Origin: Myxococcota bacterium
GTDB taxonomy: Bacteria; Myxococcota_A; SURF-8
Reading direction: 5' to 3'
DNA: 64,000 nucleotides
Assembly (NCBI GenBank): GCA_963674735.2
Contig: CAXXQS010000002.1
Location: 640,001 to 704,000, forward strand
Shown here: piece by piece, positions 45,206 through 55,143 of the stretch
Numbering within the stretch: the stretch's first letter is position 1
Layout of the letters: each line of letters begins with the position of its first letter
Program-made: the position numbers and the translations under genes
Notes under the pieces: model-generated
Databases searched by the model: none
Seen by the model: only the letters and a program-made list of their open reading frames with translations
Told to the model about the DNA's origin: nothing

Positions 45206-46645
45206 TTATTTCTTCTTCGCCGTCTTGGATGAACCGGTTTTGCTTGTCTTTTCAATGCCTTTGCGCTTCTCCAGTTCATCACGATAGCCGGGTTTGACCA
45301 CCACGTCGGGACGCATGACCACCAACGCACCCGGTGACAGCGGCACCCGGCCGGTAAGACTGCATCCAGCTCCCAGCACCACCCGGTCTGGAACGGTCAC
45401 CGGTGCGATAAGCTGGGTATCGGACCCCACCAAAACGTCATTTCCCACCACGGTGCGGAATTTATCGTAGCCATCGTAATTGCAGGTGATGGTCCCCGCA
45501 CCGATATTCGTGCGCCGCCCGATGACGGCATCTCCCAGGTAGCTGAGGTGATTGGCCTTGGCTCCCGGTTTGAGCGTGGTTTTTTTGGTTTCGACGAAAT
45601 TGCCGACATGGCATTCCTCGCCGATCTCGCTGCCGGGACGCAGATGGGCGAAAGGCCCTAAAATCGCCCCCGCTTTCACGCGGCTATGCTCGATGATGGT
45701 GTAGGGCTGCACCCGCACCCGGTCGCCCAACCGAGATTCCACCAGAATACTCCCCGCCTCGATGCGGCAACCGCGTCCCACCGACACCGCGCCTTCCAAG
45801 CGGCAGTTGGACTGAATTTGCGTGTCGGCCCCGATCTTGGCGCGAGCATCGATCCACACCGTTTCGGCGTCTTCGATGGTCACGCCCTTCATCATGTGGC
45901 GATAACAGATCTCGCGCCGCAGACATTTTTCCTGGTCCATCAGCTGGCGGCGATTGTTGATCCCCGAGCTTTCCTGCTCACCGGCTTGGACTCCCGCAAC
46001 GGAATGCCCCGCCGCCACGGCCAGCTTGACCAAGTCGGGCAGGTAGTATTCACCCTGGTCGTTGTCGGTGCCGATCCGCTTGAGCATGCTGAACAGAAAA
46101 CGCGCGTCGGCCACGTAGATTCCCATGTTGGCTTCGTCGATCGCCCGTTCGGCGGCATCGGCGTCGCGATGCTCCACTACGCCGCAGATACGGCCCGCGT
46201 CGTCGCGCAGAATCCGGCCATAGCCCGTAGGGTCGCCCAGATGCGCCGAAACCAAACCCAGGACCGTTTTTTGTCGCCGGACTTTGTTCACCAGAGCGGC
46301 GACCGTCTTGCGTGTCAGAAGCGGCACATCGCCCGATAAGATAATCACGTAGCCATCAAAGTTTTTCAGCGCCTTCTCGGCCATCAACACCGCGTGACCG
46401 GTCCCGAGTTGTTCGGATTGCAAGACGGTTTCGACTTGGTCGTCGAACGTGGCCGCCAGGTGCGCCCGTACTTGCTCGGCTTGATGTCCCACCACCGCGA
46501 TGGTGCGCTCGCATTTCATCGCCAAAGCCAACTCCACCGGATAATCGATCAGCGGACGCCCCATAATCGGGTGCAGCACCTTGGCCAACTGCGATTTCAT
46601 GCGGGTTCCCATACCGGCCGCTAAAATGATCGTGGCGAGTTTCAT
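45206..46645 (-). CDS. glmU: Bifunctional UDP-GlcNAc pyrophosphorylase / GlcN-1-P acetyltransferase
   Basis: LAAGMGTRMKS, QLGTGHA, EYYL, hexapeptide repeats, GNFVETK and TCNYDG motifs. Confidence 0.97.
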   Translation of the reverse strand: MKLATIILAAGMGTRMKSQLAKVLHPIMGRPLIDYPVELALAMKCERTIAVVGHQAEQVRAHLAATFDDQVETVLQSEQLGTGHAVLMAEKALKNFDGYVIILSGDVPLLTRKTVAALVNKVRRQKTVLGLVSAHLGDPTGYGRILRDDAGRICGVVEHRDADAAERAIDEANMGIYVADARFLFSMLKRIGTDNDQGEYYLPDLVKLAVAAGHSVAGVQAGEQESSGINNRRQLMDQEKCLRREICYRHMMKGVTIEDAETVWIDARAKIGADTQIQSNCRLEGAVSVGRGCRIEAGSILVESRLGDRVRVQPYTIIEHSRVKAGAILGPFAHLRPGSEIGEECHVGNFVETKKTTLKPGAKANHLSYLGDAVIGRRTNIGAGTITCNYDGYDKFRTVVGNDVLVGSDTQLIAPVTVPDRVVLGAGCSLTGRVPLSPGALVVMRPDVVVKPGYRDELEKRKGIEKTSKTGSSKTAKKK

Positions 46646-46707
46646 GTTCTTCCCCTTATCGATTCGCGGGTCGCAGCGCAGCGGACGGTCTCACGATTGC
46701 GGATCAC

Positions 46708-49700
46708 TTAGCCCTGGTTTTTAAGCAAGGCCGTGCGTAACGGGGCCAGATCCTTCTTGATATCCGTCGCACTCTGATACCGCTTTTCTTTGTCCTTCTC
46801 CAGACACTTGAGAACGATCCGCTCCAGCGCTTCCGGCAGGCTCGGATTGTAGCGCGTCGGGGCCGGAGGCGGCGTATGAAGGTGATGATAGGCGATATCG
46901 CCCTTGGTGAACGGCAAGGTGCCGGTGGCCATCTCGAACAGGGTAACACCGAAGGAGTAAATGTCGGAACGGTGGTCAACCCCCACGCCTTCCACCTGTT
47001 CGGGCGACATGTAAAGCGGAGTGCCGCGCACCACGGTTTTGTCCTGCACGGCTTCGGTCATGATTTTAGCCAGACCGAAGTCCATGATCTTCACTTCGCC
47101 TTCGCTGGAAATCATGATGTTGGACGGCTTGATGTCGCGATGCACCACGTTTTTGTTGTGGGCATATTCGAGCGCCGCACAAATCTTGAGCGCGATCACC
47201 ACGGCGTTGTTGACCGTCAACCGCCCTTTCTCCATCACGAAGTCGGCCAGCGAACGGCCGTTCACGAATTCCATGGTGATGAAGTAATTGTTGCTTTCCT
47301 GACCCACGTCGTAAACCGTGACGATATTGACGTGATTGAGCGCCGCCAGCGATTTCGCTTCGGAAAGGAAATACTTGAGCGAAGCGGGATTTTCCTTGAT
47401 GGCGTTGGCAACCGTTTTGTAAGCCACCTCGCGATCGAGAGCCGTATCACGCGCCTTGTAGACAATCCCCATCGCGCCGCGTCCCAGTTCCTGATCGAAA
47501 ACATAACGATTGGAAACCGGCGTCTGACTGCCCGGCGGTGGTGTTTGATAAGCCCCCGCCAGCCCCGAAACGCTGGAGCGATACCCGGGGAAAGGCGGCA
47601 AGGTGCCGGGCGGCACGGCGGTGCCGTATTCCTGACGTTCGCGATCGATCTGTTCGAGCAGATTCTGCACGCGAATATTGACGTCGGCGTAATTGTACTT
47701 CACCGTCTGCAAACGCTCGAATAGGGCGTAAGCTTCATGCACCATGCCCTGTTCCTGAATAAGCACGCCGAATTCGTAGAAGCGCTCGATCTCGCCCTGA
47801 TCGAACTGGGCGTTCTCGACCACTTTGTGATACACGCTGCGGGCCAATTGATCTTCGTTCTTTTCGATGAAGATTTTGCCCATGATGAGCGAGGCTTTCA
47901 GGAAATCGGGGCTATCCGGTCGCACCTGCTGGCAGGCATGCACGGCCTCGTCGAGCAAACCGAATTTCTTGTAGCCTTCGGCGGCCTCGCAGAAGCGACC
48001 CGCCTTCTCCAGCAGGTTGAAAATCTTGACATTCGACCCCAGACGTTTATACAGCTCGGCGGCCTTGAGATACTGCGCATCCATCTCGAAAGCTTCGGCC
48101 GCCCGTTTCACGTCGTTGGCGTTGAGGAAGCATTCCCCGGCGTCCTGATAACGGCGAGCCCGATAATAGGCTTCACCGGCCTGCTGATAATTTTGCAGGT
48201 GTTCGTGCAACTCGCCGATTTTGTCCCAGGCACTGGCTTTTTCGAAAGCCGCCAAAGCACGCCCGATGTCGCCCCGATCCTCCCAGTACGCCCCACGGCG
48301 TCGATTGGCTTCGTCAAACAAGCGCAAGCCTTCGAGGGCATCCGCTTCCAAAAGCGGTTCTTCGGCATACTTGAACATCTCGACGGCCTCACGGTGGTTG
48401 CCCGCCTTGAGATAGCTGATTCCGTAGACTTTGTAGGTAAGTGCCTGATTGCCGGACTTCTGGCACATCTCCACCGCCCGATCGTACTCTCCCGCCCGCA
48501 GATAAAGCTCGGCGGCATCGTTGAAGCGGTCGTTCTGCTGCATCTGCCTGGCCTTGGCCAGATACTGCGCTTTGGAAGCGCTCGACCCCAGTTCGGCTTC
48601 CGCTTCGAACAGATTGTCGACCGGATCTTCCGTGTGGGTATCGAAAACATCTTCCAGATCCACCGGTCGGGAGCTCGACATACCCAGCGGAACTTCGCTG
48701 GGCGAGCGTTGCACCACCGGCGGCGTAACGCCATCGAGGATGTCATCGGCCAACTCGATGGGTTCGGGCGGCGCGGTGCTGCGCGAACCGGACGCCATAG
48801 CGCCGGGATGGGGCGGCACGTTGGGAATCGGCGGCTGACCTCCCAACGGTGCGGCATCCAAGCTGCTTTCGTCGAGAATCGGACGCGGCACCGGAGGCAT
48901 GTTGGCTTCGACATCCGCTTTGGGTTGCAGACGCAGTTCGATCTGTTTAGGGGTCGTATCGGTTATTTCGAGCTGATAGACGGCAGCCAGATCCCGATAG
49001 GAAGCCAACACGCGATACATGCCGAAAGGCAGATAATAATCGACCGGTTCTCCCAGAATGGAAACTTTGGTGAAAGCCGGATCGTCATTGACTTCGACCG
49101 TCGCGCCACCCACTTCGACCATTTTCTGGACTTCGCGCGTCACCTCGCGTTCGTCGTCGCCGTCTTTTTCCTTGACGGTTTCGACCTGCATGACGGTTTC
49201 GACGATACGGACCTCGACATAGGCCTCGTTGGTTTCGAGGCTCACTTCCAACTCAGCGGTTTTGTCCTTCTCCACCCGCACGCGCCGGATCAATTCATGG
49301 GAACCGATCGGCTTGCTGGTATCGAGATTGACCATGATACCCACCACATGCACATGATGGCGACCGGTCGGAATCCCGGTAAGCAGAATCTGGTTGCGTT
49401 CGGCCAAGCCGATCATACGGCTGCTGGACTTGAAGAATTTACGGATTTTCTTCTCGGTATCCGCTCGATTTCCCAGCCAGGGAAGCTTCATCAGTTTTTC
49501 GATATTGAAAGGCTGTTCGAGGGGCTTGGACGATAACCGCACTGCGAAGTAACCCTCTTCGAATGTACGATCGTAATTGAAACGAATGCTTACTCGACCG
49601 CGACCGATACGCAGATAGAAGAAAACGGCAGCGCCGAGCCCGATGATAAGCAACAGCGGGAGCAGAATCAGGCCAAAATTGAATCCCATCAATTCTTCAA

Positions 49701-52128
49701 CACGAAACGTGATGGTGTCTTTGGCGTGCAGCACTTCACCACGATCTTTGACAAAGCAGTAAAGATCGACATCCACGGCATCCTGATCCGGGTTTTTCGT
49801 ATTGGCATGCAGATCATAGAGCACCACACCGTCCAGATCATGGTTCTTGACCAGCCGCTTGAAGCTGTCGGGCAAAAACGGATGCTGCCCGGGATAGATA
49901 CGCACCAGGTCACTCAGGTCCGGATCGTCCAGAACGGTGGCGTGGGTGCGAATCAGAGCCGCCAGATCCTTGTGAATCGAGCTTGAATCAAAACTGACGG
50001 GGTTAAACATCAGATCGCTCAAACCGCTCAGCGCCGAGGTTTCGACCTGATGGCGATCGAACAGAGCGACACGCTTGAGCGTCGTCGGCACGGCCTTGAC
50101 CAGATTACGCGTGGTGGGAAACAGCACATCGATCGTGGAAAGCTTCGGAGGTTCCGCCTTCTTCGCGCTCGTGCTTTCGCCGGGTTTCGGTTGCGGCTTG
50201 GCTTTGACCAGCCGTTCCACGGCTTTCGCATCGATCGCTTTAAGCCGTTCCAATGCACGGCCTTCTTCGGCTTTATCGCCTTTTTTGGCAAACAATTTCG
50301 CCTGTTCTTCCCACGCAGGCGCATAATCGGGGTAATTCGTCAACAAACGGCCGAGGCGATCGGCCGCCGCATCGTAAAAACGGCAAGCGGTCTGCAGAGC
50401 CGCTACATCCAATTCGAGCCGCGGCGATTTGATCGACTGACGATCGATGGCCTCAATCGTTTCCGAGGTTTTATCGCAATAGTTCGCTTTCTGATAAATG
50501 CGCCCCAAGGCAAGCTGGGCAAGCCGATTGCGCGGATCGGATTTGACCGCCCGCTCAAGATACAGGATGGCTTTGTCGATATCGGGCCGACGCTCGGAGA
50601 AGAACTCCCCGGCCATCAAATTTGTCAACAGATGCGCCCGTCCGGCGTCTGCGGCCTGGCCGATCAAGTCGGCCGCTTCATCCCAGCGTTTTTCCTGCAT
50701 GGCCCGTCGTGCATCCAGCAACAGAACCGAACGTTCCGTTTGAGCCGGAATCCGCTTTTGCAGTTCTTCAAGTTCCGCACGCTGCTCATTGGTCAGCCGG
50801 TCGAGATCCAGACGATCGACCGCCTGCTCCCATTTTCCGTGCTCGGCCGCGTTTAGAAAAGCCCGAATGGAGGCCGTAAAGTTGAGGCGTTTTTCATACC
50901 ATTCTCCGGCGATCAATTCATGCCCACCCGCTCGATTCGGACGGCCCGCTTTGATTTCGTGCTGAGCCAGGGCTTCATGCAACGCCGGATCCGTCGCACC
51001 GTGATTGATTGCGGCAGACCATTTTTCAGCCGCCTGAGAACGGTTTCCGAGCGCCGCTTCCACGTCTCCGGCAAGAGCCAAAAGTTGCGGATTATCGGTA
51101 TCGTAACGCTGCGCTTCCGCCAATGCCTGTCGGGCCTGAGACAAGCGCCGGGCTTGCAGGTGAAGTCGCGCCAGATTCAGACGCGCTCGAAATACCTGGG
51201 CGGGAGGAGCATCGATTTCGGCGTACAAGGCCGCCGCTTCATCGGTTTTCCCAAACAGGTCGGCAGCCATGGCTTTATCCAATGGGGAAAGATCATCCTC
51301 CCCACTCTCCATCCGTTCCCGGATCGCCGCCTTCATCATTTTTCCCTGAATACCGCCGAAAGGTGCTTCCAGACGCCGGGCGTCGAGCAGAATGCGAAGC
51401 CCTTCCGTCAAGGAGGTCCGATGACTCATTTCCATCCAGCCCTGCCCGAGCATGACCAGATCGTGGAAGGTCAGATCGGCCGGTAGCGCCGTCGCATCGA
51501 CCTTTTCGGGACGATTCAACACCCGTTGAATGCCGGCCGCAATCTCGGCGGTCGCTTTGACGGGATCGTTCATTCGCAAATCGAGGTGTAGCGAATTCTC
51601 GAAATGGGCGGTCACGCCGTTGTATACGCGCAAATCGACGATCAGACGGTCGTCCTGGCGTTCCAACCAGCCAAGTAGAGCCTTCGGCGCATCGAGTTTA
51701 AGACACAAGTAAGGAAGATCCCGGCGTAAAATCAAGTCGTTATCGCGACGGATGTTCCCCTTGGCCGCGGCTTCCACAACCTCAAAACGCGAAGATAATG
51801 ACAAACTCGGATCGTCGAGAGCATCGACAAGGCGAATGCCAAGTCCGACTGCCAGAGCAATATCTTCCCGGCTGCCCTGCAGGTAAAAAACGCTCCGCAA
51901 CGGAGTGGCGGAATGGCCCGGTTTTTCGACGCGCGTTCCCACTTGGGCGGGATCGATTTTCTTGACTGGCATAGACGGTTTGGGTGTGACTTCGGTCTCC
52001 ACGGTCTGGATGCCGGGAGCCTGAGCCGAAACCGGCGATACGGTTGAAAATAGCCCCGTTACAACCAGCATGAAGCTCAGACACAAACGCAAGACGTATG
52101 TTTTCTGCACGTGCTTATTCTTCCCCAT
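46708..52128 (-). CDS. Large membrane Ser/Thr protein kinase: exported TPR region, transmembrane segment, cytoplasmic TPR-like repeats, C-terminal kinase
   Basis: Signal peptide ending VSA-Q, TPRs, and transmembrane segment FGLILLPLLLIIGLGAAVFFYL. Kinase motifs LGRGAMG, VAYK, HRDIKPSN, DFG and GTPLYMSPE are present. Confidence 0.9.
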   Translation of the reverse strand: MGKNKHVQKTYVLRLCLSFMLVVTGLFSTVSPVSAQAPGIQTVETEVTPKPSMPVKKIDPAQVGTRVEKPGHSATPLRSVFYLQGSREDIALAVGLGIRLVDALDDPSLSLSSRFEVVEAAAKGNIRRDNDLILRRDLPYLCLKLDAPKALLGWLERQDDRLIVDLRVYNGVTAHFENSLHLDLRMNDPVKATAEIAAGIQRVLNRPEKVDATALPADLTFHDLVMLGQGWMEMSHRTSLTEGLRILLDARRLEAPFGGIQGKMMKAAIRERMESGEDDLSPLDKAMAADLFGKTDEAAALYAEIDAPPAQVFRARLNLARLHLQARRLSQARQALAEAQRYDTDNPQLLALAGDVEAALGNRSQAAEKWSAAINHGATDPALHEALAQHEIKAGRPNRAGGHELIAGEWYEKRLNFTASIRAFLNAAEHGKWEQAVDRLDLDRLTNEQRAELEELQKRIPAQTERSVLLLDARRAMQEKRWDEAADLIGQAADAGRAHLLTNLMAGEFFSERRPDIDKAILYLERAVKSDPRNRLAQLALGRIYQKANYCDKTSETIEAIDRQSIKSPRLELDVAALQTACRFYDAAADRLGRLLTNYPDYAPAWEEQAKLFAKKGDKAEEGRALERLKAIDAKAVERLVKAKPQPKPGESTSAKKAEPPKLSTIDVLFPTTRNLVKAVPTTLKRVALFDRHQVETSALSGLSDLMFNPVSFDSSSIHKDLAALIRTHATVLDDPDLSDLVRIYPGQHPFLPDSFKRLVKNHDLDGVVLYDLHANTKNPDQDAVDVDLYCFVKDRGEVLHAKDTITFRVEELMGFNFGLILLPLLLIIGLGAAVFFYLRIGRGRVSIRFNYDRTFEEGYFAVRLSSKPLEQPFNIEKLMKLPWLGNRADTEKKIRKFFKSSSRMIGLAERNQILLTGIPTGRHHVHVVGIMVNLDTSKPIGSHELIRRVRVEKDKTAELEVSLETNEAYVEVRIVETVMQVETVKEKDGDDEREVTREVQKMVEVGGATVEVNDDPAFTKVSILGEPVDYYLPFGMYRVLASYRDLAAVYQLEITDTTPKQIELRLQPKADVEANMPPVPRPILDESSLDAAPLGGQPPIPNVPPHPGAMASGSRSTAPPEPIELADDILDGVTPPVVQRSPSEVPLGMSSSRPVDLEDVFDTHTEDPVDNLFEAEAELGSSASKAQYLAKARQMQQNDRFNDAAELYLRAGEYDRAVEMCQKSGNQALTYKVYGISYLKAGNHREAVEMFKYAEEPLLEADALEGLRLFDEANRRRGAYWEDRGDIGRALAAFEKASAWDKIGELHEHLQNYQQAGEAYYRARRYQDAGECFLNANDVKRAAEAFEMDAQYLKAAELYKRLGSNVKIFNLLEKAGRFCEAAEGYKKFGLLDEAVHACQQVRPDSPDFLKASLIMGKIFIEKNEDQLARSVYHKVVENAQFDQGEIERFYEFGVLIQEQGMVHEAYALFERLQTVKYNYADVNIRVQNLLEQIDRERQEYGTAVPPGTLPPFPGYRSSVSGLAGAYQTPPPGSQTPVSNRYVFDQELGRGAMGIVYKARDTALDREVAYKTVANAIKENPASLKYFLSEAKSLAALNHVNIVTVYDVGQESNNYFITMEFVNGRSLADFVMEKGRLTVNNAVVIALKICAALEYAHNKNVVHRDIKPSNIMISSEGEVKIMDFGLAKIMTEAVQDKTVVRGTPLYMSPEQVEGVGVDHRSDIYSFGVTLFEMATGTLPFTKGDIAYHHLHTPPPAPTRYNPSLPEALERIVLKCLEKDKEKRYQSATDIKKDLAPLRTALLKNQG

Positions 52129-52266
52129 AATCTTTTTTCTTCACTACCCCATACGAGTTTGCCCCTTGTCGGCAAAGGCGTATAATTATAGCTAAATTGT
52201 TGGAAAAAGTAAATAATTTGTCTGCAAATCCACACGCCGTAAAATTTCCCGGCACGGTTTTTTCGC

Positions 52267-52295
52267 TTGACCCGACACCCCTGCCCCCCCATAAT
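52267..52295 (+). promoter_or_regulatory. Sigma-70-like promoter
   Basis: TTGACC-N17-CATAAT upstream of the response regulator. Confidence 0.5.
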
Positions 52296-52399
52296 CGGCG
52301 TCTGGGTATTCCAACAATTGTATCAAGGGAGATTTGATCGGCCGTCGGCGCCTTTGTTATCAGTTTGCAACCTTGAACCAACCAGACGATGAGGTGACT

Positions 52400-52795
52400 T
52401 TGGAAAAAGAACACCCACAACAAAGTAAACGCGTGCTGTTACTCGATGACGATCCATCGGTATGCCGTGTCGCTAAACTCATCCTGGAGCGTAACGGTTT
52501 CACTGTGGATCTTTACAACAGCGGCTTGGAGGCCTGGACCGTTATCCAATCCCAAGGCGACTGCTACGACTTGATGATTTTCGACTACCTATTGGAAGAC
52601 ATGGACGGCGTGGTACTGATGCGCCAGACGCGCGACCTCTACCCACAAACGCATGTGATTCTTTTAAGCGGCTACAACCCCGAAGACGTCGTGCCCGACG
52701 ATCTGTGGTCGGATTTGAAAGACGGCGGACTGGGATTCATCACCAAGCCTTTCACCGTCTCCGACCTGCTTGACCAGGTGCACGCGCTGATCTAA
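52400..52795 (+). CDS. Single-domain response regulator
   Basis: VLLLDDD...IFDYLL...LSG...ITKPF receiver motifs. TTG start after GAGG. Confidence 0.82.
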   Translation: MEKEHPQQSKRVLLLDDDPSVCRVAKLILERNGFTVDLYNSGLEAWTVIQSQGDCYDLMIFDYLLEDMDGVVLMRQTRDLYPQTHVILLSGYNPEDVVPDDLWSDLKDGGLGFITKPFTVSDLLDQVHALI

Positions 52796-52861
52796 ACAAC
52801 AACTGCGCATACAAACCTGCGATGACAGACTTGTGCGGGACGAGAATCCGACCCCGAACAC

Positions 52862-52887
52862 AAAAAAAAACCGCCCATAGGGCGGTT
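52862..52887 (-). terminator. Terminator after tRNA-Gly
   Basis: The minus strand reads AACCGCCC-tat-GGGCGGTT followed by a long T-tract. Confidence 0.8.
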
Positions 52888-52898
52888 GACGGATTACT

Positions 52899-52973
52899 TG
52901 GAGCGGGAGACGGGACTTGAACCCGCGACTTGAAGCTTGGGAAGCTTCCACTCTACCACTGAGTTACTCCCGC
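52899..52973 (-). tRNA. tRNA-Gly (anticodon CCC)
   Basis: Acceptor stem GCGGGAG/CTCCCGC, D arm ACTC-AGTGGTA-GAGT, anticodon arm GAAGC-TTCCCAA-GCTTC, T loop TTCAAGT, and encoded CCA. Upstream TTGACT-N17-TAGAAA at 52989-53017. Confidence 0.95.
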
Positions 52974-53147
52974 AATACAAGCCCGCATTTTCTAACAAAA
53001 CCCCGCCTCGGAGTCAAGTGAAATGCGTTCTCAGACATTTTTCCAACGAATGATTCCACGGAGTTTAGCTTCGGTTGACAGCCATCGGCAGGAAAGCTAA
53101 ACTCCGAAAGTCTCATTTCGACGACGTAACCAAAGTGGAGAGATTCC

Positions 53148-55112
53148 ATGTCACCACGATCCATCGTGTTCCTGATTCTACTCATAACCGCTTACTCGAC
53201 CCCTCTTAAGGCCGATGATTCGGGTCAATGGGAGATGATCTCCCTCAATTTCAACGACGGCAACCAGTGGGTTACCGGCGACATGCTCGATGACTCTTTC
53301 GGCCTGGCCTACGGGGTCGAGAAGGGATCGAACGGAAGCGCGCCGGTTTTCAAACGCACCGTAAACGGCGGAGAGTCTTGGAGCGCGGTCACCCTGCCCA
53401 ATTTCGGGGGCATGTTCACCTTCTTCACCGACATCCAAATCATCAATGAAAACCTGGCCTTCGCCGCCGGACTCGAAGTCGGTGTCGGCGGCAACAGCGC
53501 CGGACCGATCTGGCGCGTTACCAACAAAGGCCAGGATCTGGAACCCCTGATCGTCAGACTGGGCGAATTCCCCGACTGCCGCAAACTGTTCTGCCTCAAC
53601 GCCGACCGCTGCTGGGCGACCTGTGCGGAAGGGGAAATCATTCGAACCTCGAATGGGGGCGAAAACTGGCAATCCGGCACTCTACCGGTCACCGATCTGC
53701 AACCCGGACCCATCCATTTCATCAATGAAAACGAGGGCTGGTGCGCCATGTACGACTCGGAAACCACCGAGCCGCAACAGGAAGGCGAGGAGGCGATTTA
53801 CACCGTGTTCGACAAAGGCAGCCTGTTCAAAACCACCAACGGTGGCCAAAACTGGACCCAGCTTACCTCCGGCGAACACTACACCTACAGTTCCCTGCAA
53901 ATGATCGACGACCAAACCGGTTTTCTGGCGGCGGCCGATGAAACCCACGGCTATCTGATGAAAACCACCAACGGCGGCCAAAACTGGTTCATCCAACCCC
54001 TGCCACCCAGCGTTTCCGGACAATTCGGCGACATGCCGTTGTTTATCGTAGGCGGTCTGCATTTCTTCGACACCCAAACCGGTTGGATCACCGCCAGCTA
54101 CGGCGAACCCGATTCGCACATCGGTGCACCTCTGTATTTCTACTACACCGAAAACGGCGGCACACAATGGGAAGCTCACCAGGCCACCAACCCGACGGAC
54201 AGCAGCACCGTCGGCGGCATTATGTTCGATTTCGCCGTGGTGGACGAACACCTGGCTTACGGTTTCGGCGACTACCAGATGGTGGTACGCTACACAGACG
54301 GCCAATACGAACCGCCCGTAGACGGTGACGACCCCGACGGCGATGGCGATACCGATGGTGAGGTGGACACCGGCCCTATCTATACCGGCGCACCGGGCGA
54401 GCCGTGTCCCGTTCCGGGCGATTCCTCCACCTACGATCTGCCGCGCTGCGACCCGGCCCAGAACTCGGGTGTATGCGTGTGGAAAGACGACGTAGCGGCC
54501 CACTGCACCGCCACCTGCAACATCGACAGCGACTGCCGTTCACTCTCGCCCGACGCCTGTTGCAAACCCGTCACCTTCGAAGACCGCACCGAGCGTCTCT
54601 GCCTGCTCGACTCGAACCACTGCATCGATTACAGCGGCCAATGGTACGGCTATTGGGGAGCGCTTCTCGGCGAACCCTGCAAAGACGAGAGCCACCCCGA
54701 CAACCCGGACCGCGATCCGGCCTACGGCGGCGATTTCTGCATCGACGAACAAACCGGCGCCCAGCCCTTTTGCTCACAAGCTTGCACCAGCGACATCGGA
54801 TGTGAAGGCGGTTTCCAGTCCCAATTTTGTTGCACGGGAACGGCGCAAGACATGGCCTACTGCCGTTTCGGCGCCGCCTGCGACCCGGAACCGGAAGACG
54901 GCGACACCCCGATCGACGGTGATACCCCGACCGACGGCGATATCCCGACCGATGGCGACGGTTCCGACACCGGCGGGTCCGCCACAACGGAGGGCTCGTC
55001 CGGCGGCTGCGGACAGGGAACCCCGGCCGCAGGGCTGACGCTGCTGCTTCTCCTGGGCCTGCGGTTGCGCCGGTCCCGCAAAATCCGATTGCAGGCCGAC
55101 GGCGGCCGCTGA
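53148..55112 (+). CDS. Surface protein: YCF48/BNR-like beta-propeller, Cys-rich modules, DGD linkers and MYXO-CTERM-like tail
   Basis: Signal peptide, repeated KTTNGGQNW Asp-box-like motifs, and the tail SSGGCGQGTPAAGLTLLLLLGLRLRRSRK. Confidence 0.8.
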   Translation: MSPRSIVFLILLITAYSTPLKADDSGQWEMISLNFNDGNQWVTGDMLDDSFGLAYGVEKGSNGSAPVFKRTVNGGESWSAVTLPNFGGMFTFFTDIQIINENLAFAAGLEVGVGGNSAGPIWRVTNKGQDLEPLIVRLGEFPDCRKLFCLNADRCWATCAEGEIIRTSNGGENWQSGTLPVTDLQPGPIHFINENEGWCAMYDSETTEPQQEGEEAIYTVFDKGSLFKTTNGGQNWTQLTSGEHYTYSSLQMIDDQTGFLAAADETHGYLMKTTNGGQNWFIQPLPPSVSGQFGDMPLFIVGGLHFFDTQTGWITASYGEPDSHIGAPLYFYYTENGGTQWEAHQATNPTDSSTVGGIMFDFAVVDEHLAYGFGDYQMVVRYTDGQYEPPVDGDDPDGDGDTDGEVDTGPIYTGAPGEPCPVPGDSSTYDLPRCDPAQNSGVCVWKDDVAAHCTATCNIDSDCRSLSPDACCKPVTFEDRTERLCLLDSNHCIDYSGQWYGYWGALLGEPCKDESHPDNPDRDPAYGGDFCIDEQTGAQPFCSQACTSDIGCEGGFQSQFCCTGTAQDMAYCRFGAACDPEPEDGDTPIDGDTPTDGDIPTDGDGSDTGGSATTEGSSGGCGQGTPAAGLTLLLLLGLRLRRSRKIRLQADGGR

Positions 55113-55143
55113 CCGGGCAATCGACGCCGGTTCGCGCAGGCGT

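Noticed and set aside
19101-49536. Long antisense ORFs (19101-20861 +, 20899-22086 -, 28306-30381 -, 38935-40413 +, 47737-49536 +)
   Set aside because: Each mirrors a well-supported gene on the opposite strand. This is expected from GC-rich codon bias, and none has recognisable motifs.
52796-52973. tRNA-Gly as an integration site of a genomic island
   Set aside because: No integrase is present, I saw no duplicated tRNA 3' end in the window, and the flanking genes look native.
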